Shown piece after piece: positions 59,250 to 64,000 of a stretch of 64,000 nt of DNA. Below the pieces are notes generated by a model. It saw nothing but the letters and a program-made list of their open reading frames with translations, was not told where the DNA came from and did no database searches. The stretch's first letter is position 1; the number at the start of each line of letters is the position of its first letter. Both the position numbers and the translations under genes were made by a program. Origin of the DNA: Octopus vulgaris (lineage: Eukaryota); NCBI GenBank assembly GCA_951406725.2, contig CATOCA020000001.1, positions 10,168,001-10,232,000 on the forward strand. Direction: 5' to 3'.

Positions 59250-59302
59250 ATTGAGCATGACCTTTCAACCGTGACGGGAACATTTAGAGTTGAAGACTGT
59301 GG
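59250..59302 (+). CDS. Exon 13 (IEHDLSTVTGTFRVEDC-)
   Basis: cttttgcag|ATT acceptor, GG|gtaagc donor; phase 0-2. Confidence 0.72.
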
Positions 59303-59515
59303 GTAAGCAAATGCTTCTAACACATTTATTCAAATTTATTTGGTTTTGTTCCAAACATTCGATTTTATCGCATGTATTATACGTCACAATAATCAACAGT
59401 GTTGTACTTGTGACCCAGAATATATTAATTCATACATTCAATGAAATGTTTAAATGTTTTATCCATGTTTTATTATACAAAGGACAAACAAACCCATATA
59501 AAGATACAGAGAGAA

Positions 59516-59575
<60 letters not shown>

Positions 59576-59614
59576 GTGTGTGTGAATGTGTATAGAAGAA
59601 TATATTAATAAAAG

Positions 59615-61094
59615 AATTCCAACCTTGTCTGATTTTCACGTTTTATTTACAATCTTATAATGATATATTATAAGATAATATATTATAATTGAGTAAAATA
59701 AAATGAAATAGTAGAATGTTAAATATTCATTCTGATTGAACTAGTACTTTCATGCATTGAATTCTGCAATCTTCGGGTTCATGTAGTAGTGTTGACAGTC
59801 ATGCTTCACAATTTTTGACTGTAGCAAGATGAGTGATTCTGTGCTATAAATACAGCTGGGTAGGCTCCAGAGTGCTAGGTTTTGCAAACTGTATTCTGAC
59901 CAATCAGTGTGTAGTATCACTCAATTACTTAAGCTGATTGGTTGGTTGAGCTGATTGGTTTAGGCATCACGCTTTGTTGGACAGGTCAAGAGTCCTGTAT
60001 CTTGACCCTGGCCGAAGCAGCAATTGTTGGGTTATTTTTAGAAATGTTGTAAATATCCTTTGTCAGAGATTTTTATATTTTTATATTTCAATTGTCATCA
60101 TCATCATTGTCAGCACCTTAATTATTGTTGCTAGTGGTGATGGTGGTGGCAATAGAACTTTTAACCCTAAATAAGATAATTTTCCTGCTATCTTCGTCTT
60201 GATCACCTTTAGTATTGTTGTTGTTGTTAGTGGTCATGGTCGTAGCAGTGGAAGTAATACCTCTAAGTATTATTATTATTGCTTATTTAGCTTGGGTTCG
60301 AATTTATCAATAAAATTCTTTTCTCTGATTTTCCTCTCGATTTCACTTGGGCTGTGTAATTTGTAGAATGGAAATATTATATATATTTTCCGACCACATG
60401 TTGCTAGGTGGTTACTCAAAGGTATCTGACGGACCTCTGGGTCTCTAATCTGTTGCCGGTGTACACGTGAGCGTTCTAATAGTGCGTTTCCCGTCTGACC
60501 TACATATATTTCTTCACAATTTGGGCATTTGATGCAGTAAATTAAATTTCTGCTTTTGCAGTTCATATTCGCGTTTGTGAATATTTTCCCGGTTTTTGTG
60601 TTTATATATTGACCGGTATGTATGAATTGGCATGTGCCACATCGGCTATCATTGCATTTAGATACCGTGAATGTTTGGTCTTTGTTGCTGAGGTCAAATT
60701 TTGCCTTTGTTAGTAATGTTTTCAAGTTTTAGGCTGTCTTTTACTAAGCACCATAGCTCGATCCTTGATTATGTCTTTTAATTCATTACTTTGGGCAATG
60801 ATTGGAAGGTTTGCTTTGGCAATGTTGAAGATATTCTGGTGACATGGGTTGTGTGTCACTATGAATGGTATGACTTGTTCTTGTTTTCCTCTTCCTTGGG
60901 TTGTCCTAAGTTGTTGTATAGGTATTTTTATAGCCCGCTGTATGCCATTTTCTATAAGTAGAGATGGGTATTTTTGTTTGAGCAAAATTCTCTTAGTTCT
61001 ATTAGGCGTTTGTTCCTGATATTTGCATCTTCTACAATAGTACAAATTCTTCTGGCTAGGCAGTATGGGATGTTACGTTTTGTATGTGGTGGAT

Positions 61095-61100
<6 letters not shown>
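59615..61100 (-). mobile_element. Penelope-like element 3' part: RT C-terminus, GIY-YIG endonuclease, terminal repeat
   Basis: CHPPHTKRNIPYCLARRICTIV; C..SRCGTC..I...NCKSRNLIYCIKCPNC..IYVGQTG...R...H (ORF 60276-60725); frameshifts present; (TA)n on both flanks. Confidence 0.9.
59737..59781 (-). ncRNA. Minimal type I hammerhead-like motif (variant core) in Penelope terminal repeat
   Basis: TGAAC-CCGAAGA-tTGCA gaattcaa TGCAt-GAA AGTACT A-GTTCA: perfect stem I, stem II, palindromic stem III; core has C in place of U4. Confidence 0.55.
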
Positions 61101-61132
<32 letters not shown>

Positions 61133-61844
61133 CGCATTGAGTCGAAACAGGGCCAGCTGAAGAAGGGAATTTTCCTTGTATTGTTTGTCCTGTTTTTCGT
61201 TGTTGGAAAAAGTCCGTTTCCTTGTTTGATTTTTTGTTTTCGTTTCTCGTTGTGTTCTACGCTTTTTTGTGGTGTCCTGTACTCATATATATATGTATAT
61301 ATACGTATAGATGTAGGTATGTACATATATGTATGTATGCATGTGTTTTATTTATTAAATTGCTGTATATATATGTATATATATATACATACATATACAT
61401 CACACATATATATATACACACATATATATACACACATATATATGGGTGTGTATATATATAAATTGAGGTGGGTATCGGCAATTTGAAACCAACAAGGAAA
61501 TAATTCACAGTCACTAAGTGTGAAAAGAGTGCAGTGAGCACCAGTATTATTAGAAATATTAGTCATAGACTCCTTAGCCACAAAAAGACATATGGTCTGT
61601 TTGCATTGACAGTGGGGAGAACATTCCCCACGGTAAGCCAGATGGATTAGATTAGCATGGTAATTTCTTATAGGAAGTTAATACTCATCAGCAATGCTCA
61701 CTCCATTACGGCTGGTGGAGGCTAACTCACGCCTCTCAGTATCATTGAGAATGCCATAGGAATTAGGGATTGATTTCACAAAATGGCAATGTGAAGATTA
61801 TAAAATATTGAAGGTAGCTAACACACATTTTAAAACCAACCAGG

Positions 61845-61903
<59 letters not shown>

Positions 61904-61909
61904 CTTTCT

Positions 61910-62305
61910 CACTTTTTCTCTCTTTTACTTGTTTCAGTCATTTGACTGCGGCCATGCTGGAGCACCACCTTTAATCGAGCAAATCGACCCCGGGACTTAT
62001 TCTTTGTAAGCCCAGTACTTATTCTATCGGTCTCTTTTGCCGAACCGCTAAGTGACGGGGAGTAAACACACCAGCAATGCTTGGGAGACAAACACAGACA
62101 CACAAACACACACACATACACACACACACATATATATACATATATACGACAGGCTTCTTTCAGTTTCCGTCTACCAAATCCGCTCACAAGGCATTGGTCG
62201 GCCCGGAGCTATAGCAGAAGACACTAGCCCAAGATGCCACGCAGTGGGACTGAACCCGGAACCATGTGGTTGGTTAGCAAGCTACTTACCACACAGCCAC
62301 TCCTG
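61910..62305 (-). mobile_element. Full-length SINE (family B)
   Basis: Head ggagtggctgtgtggtaag (box A) and gggttcagtccc (box B), central (TG)n, 3' tail ccagcatggccgcagtcaaatgactgaaacaagtaaaaga. Confidence 0.85.
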
Positions 62306-62926
62306 TATATGTATAAATACATATATAAAGTGTATTCAAAGATTTCTGCAGGGAGTGAAGACCTTCATGTGGATTTCTTAGTGGACGAATATATTCTTAA
62401 GACCAACTTTTAGTCACCCGCTTGTAGTTCGAGCGTCCTTCACTAATTCTGTTCTCAACCATACTGAATGCGGTTATTTTAGCTATGATAATCCAATCCT
62501 GAGCTATGTTTGAATATAGTGATAGAAAGCGATGTGAAAGACAGTGGTGATGGTGGTGGAGGTGAAAGTGATGAAAAGTATTGATGGTGATGGCGTCAGA
62601 AGTCTGGATGGCGTGTGTATTGCAGATATGGTGGCGATGGTTGTGGTACTGTTGATTATCATGAAGCTTTGCAATAAGTTCCGAGTCGACAAATTATATC
62701 ATTGCTTTGATGAAAATTGTTCATTGCTTGAGAAATATTCATGTTTCATGAAATTTAATATGTACTCAATGCATGGTGTCATTGTTGGACCCAAGGATTA
62801 ACAGGGCAGCTATAAACGAATGTATACATATATATATATCAATGTATGTATATTTCTAGCTAGCTAGCTAGCTACATACATACATACATACCGACATACA
62901 TGTATGTATTTATTTTTTTATTTCAG

Positions 62927-63081
62927 CTCAAACAGAAATAAAATATTTGCTATTTACTGTACAGTATTTAGCGAAATGACTGAAAGTCAACTGCGGCGCA
63001 ATATCTCCCAAGTTTTGAACAATTCCCAGGAATTGCTTAACTTAGGAGTTAAGAAAAGCCACATGAAATTCATTGATGAAA
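62927..63081 (+). CDS. Exon 14 (GSNRNKIFAIYCTVFSEMTESQLRRNISQVLNNSQELLNLGVKKSHMKFIDE)
   Basis: ttttttatttcag|C acceptor, A|gtaagt donor; phase 2-1; open frame matches ORF 62904-63104. Confidence 0.78.
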
Positions 63082-64000
63082 GTAAGTATCGTGTTTCTTA
63101 TTAATTTAATCATCATTACCGTCATAATTAGCTTCATCAATCACCAACCTCTTAGTCGTTGTCGCCATCATCAACCACAGTAGATGATACCAAGCACACA
63201 GACTCTCTCCCCCTCTCTCTCTCTCACACACACAACTATTTATTTACATTTTCTCAACGCTTGGATAATTTCAGAAAAAAGCATTTTATTTTGCGCTTTT
63301 CCGTTTCTTGTCCCTACGGAACTGTTTGTCTTTGCTCAGTTTCTTTTTAATTATACCAATTAACCGAGGGCAAAAATGTTTTCTTCTAATTTTGTATAGA
63401 AGTAGAAGATGCAGACTCTACTGGGCAGAATAATTCAAACAATTCCAGTACTTGCTTTAATTCAAACAGGAAAACTATTTAGTGCTGCAAATAATTTTCC
63501 TCAGCGAAAATTCATTTTGTACGAAGTGATCATATTAATTTTTGAATTAGGATCGATAGATACACACACACAGCTCATACGCTTTAAACAGTGTCTAAGA
63601 GATATAAGAGAGGAACAAATCATATCCCATTGCCGGAAAAGGATATATTTTCACTTCGTTTCCATTCATTTCATTTTACCATCGCCAAATCAATATAACA
63701 TCTACCCTATTTCTAGCGTACATTAGGTTTTGCGCTTCCGGTCAGTATGTCTAAAGAGTGATCAATATATTGACGAAATTCAACACTAGAGGCCGCGAAA
63801 CAGACTAGCATTCTGAGTAGTCATATCCCGTAACCAGTTATATATTGCTCGAGAAAATATAAAAATATATATATATACATATGCACACACCTCTATTTCT
63901 ATTTTATTTATTGTTTTTTAAGAATATATAAGAAAATATATATATAAGATATATATATATATATAATCTACAGGATATCAAGTAGTTATGCAGTTTCAAT

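Larger units (their letters stand above)
21352..63081 (+). other. Multi-exon gene (3' incomplete): secreted/membrane protein with SP-LRRNT-7xLRR-LRRCT-LU(three-finger)-SEA-like ectodomain; possibly an adhesion-type GPCR
   Basis: 14 exons with canonical AG/GT boundaries and compatible phases: 21372-21562, 25550-25621, 27785-27856, 30487-30558, 33833-33904, 38084-38155, 39920-39992, 46754-46825, 50215-50372, 55352-55443, 57421-57604, 58198-58280, 59250-59302, 62927-63081. They join into one coherent protein apart from a +1 in exon 7. The last exon ends in a phase-1 donor, so the gene continues beyond the window. Confidence 0.85.

Noticed and set aside
57604-59254. Gene ending by direct splicing of exon 11 to 59250 (G|AT TGA stop)
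   Set aside because: An intervening phase 1-0 exon at 58198-58280 with good splice sites keeps the frame open through exons 13 and 14, which is more parsimonious. A skipped, secreted isoform cannot be excluded.
61910-62305. tRNA genes at SINE heads
   Set aside because: Box A/B are present but there is no complete cloverleaf, and each continues into a repeated SINE body.
63700-63770. Candidate terminal exon after ctatttctag or cattag
   Set aside because: Only about 10 codons to a stop, weak acceptor context, no domain similarity.

Overview
Eukaryotic, AT-rich, microsatellite-dense genomic DNA. The SINE, LINE and Penelope content and the (TA)n/(TAA)n/(TACA)n load suggest a cephalopod (octopus-like) genome; this is an inference. 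The six-frame ORF track is almost all low-complexity artefact or transposon debris. The real content is one large spliced + strand gene (ATG 21372, 14 coding exons traced by GT-AG boundaries and phase, still open at 63081). It encodes signal peptide - LRRNT - seven single-exon 24-aa LRRs - LRRCT - a Ly6/uPAR (three-finger)-like Cys domain - a possible SEA-like domain, and is probably the ectodomain of a receptor. The LRR part (about 24.8-44.1 kb) is a tandem array of exon cassettes. Each cassette has a 72-nt phase-2/2 exon, a near-identical ~1 kb intron block and a kb-scale (CTT)n-type pyrimidine tract. Amino-acid changes concentrate at the exposed positions of the LxLxxN strand. The array also holds three units whose exon was deleted, one pseudo-exon and one frameshifted exon, which looks like an actively shuffling variable-LRR receptor locus. 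The rest is transposon-derived or duplicated: a CR1-type LINE, Dong/R4 fragments in (TAA)n, a hAT transposase remnant split by a solo LTR, Penelope remnants with minimal hammerhead motifs, SINEs, a MITE and local duplications. All coordinates were read by eye; exon edges should be exact or nearly so, and repeat edges are approximate.
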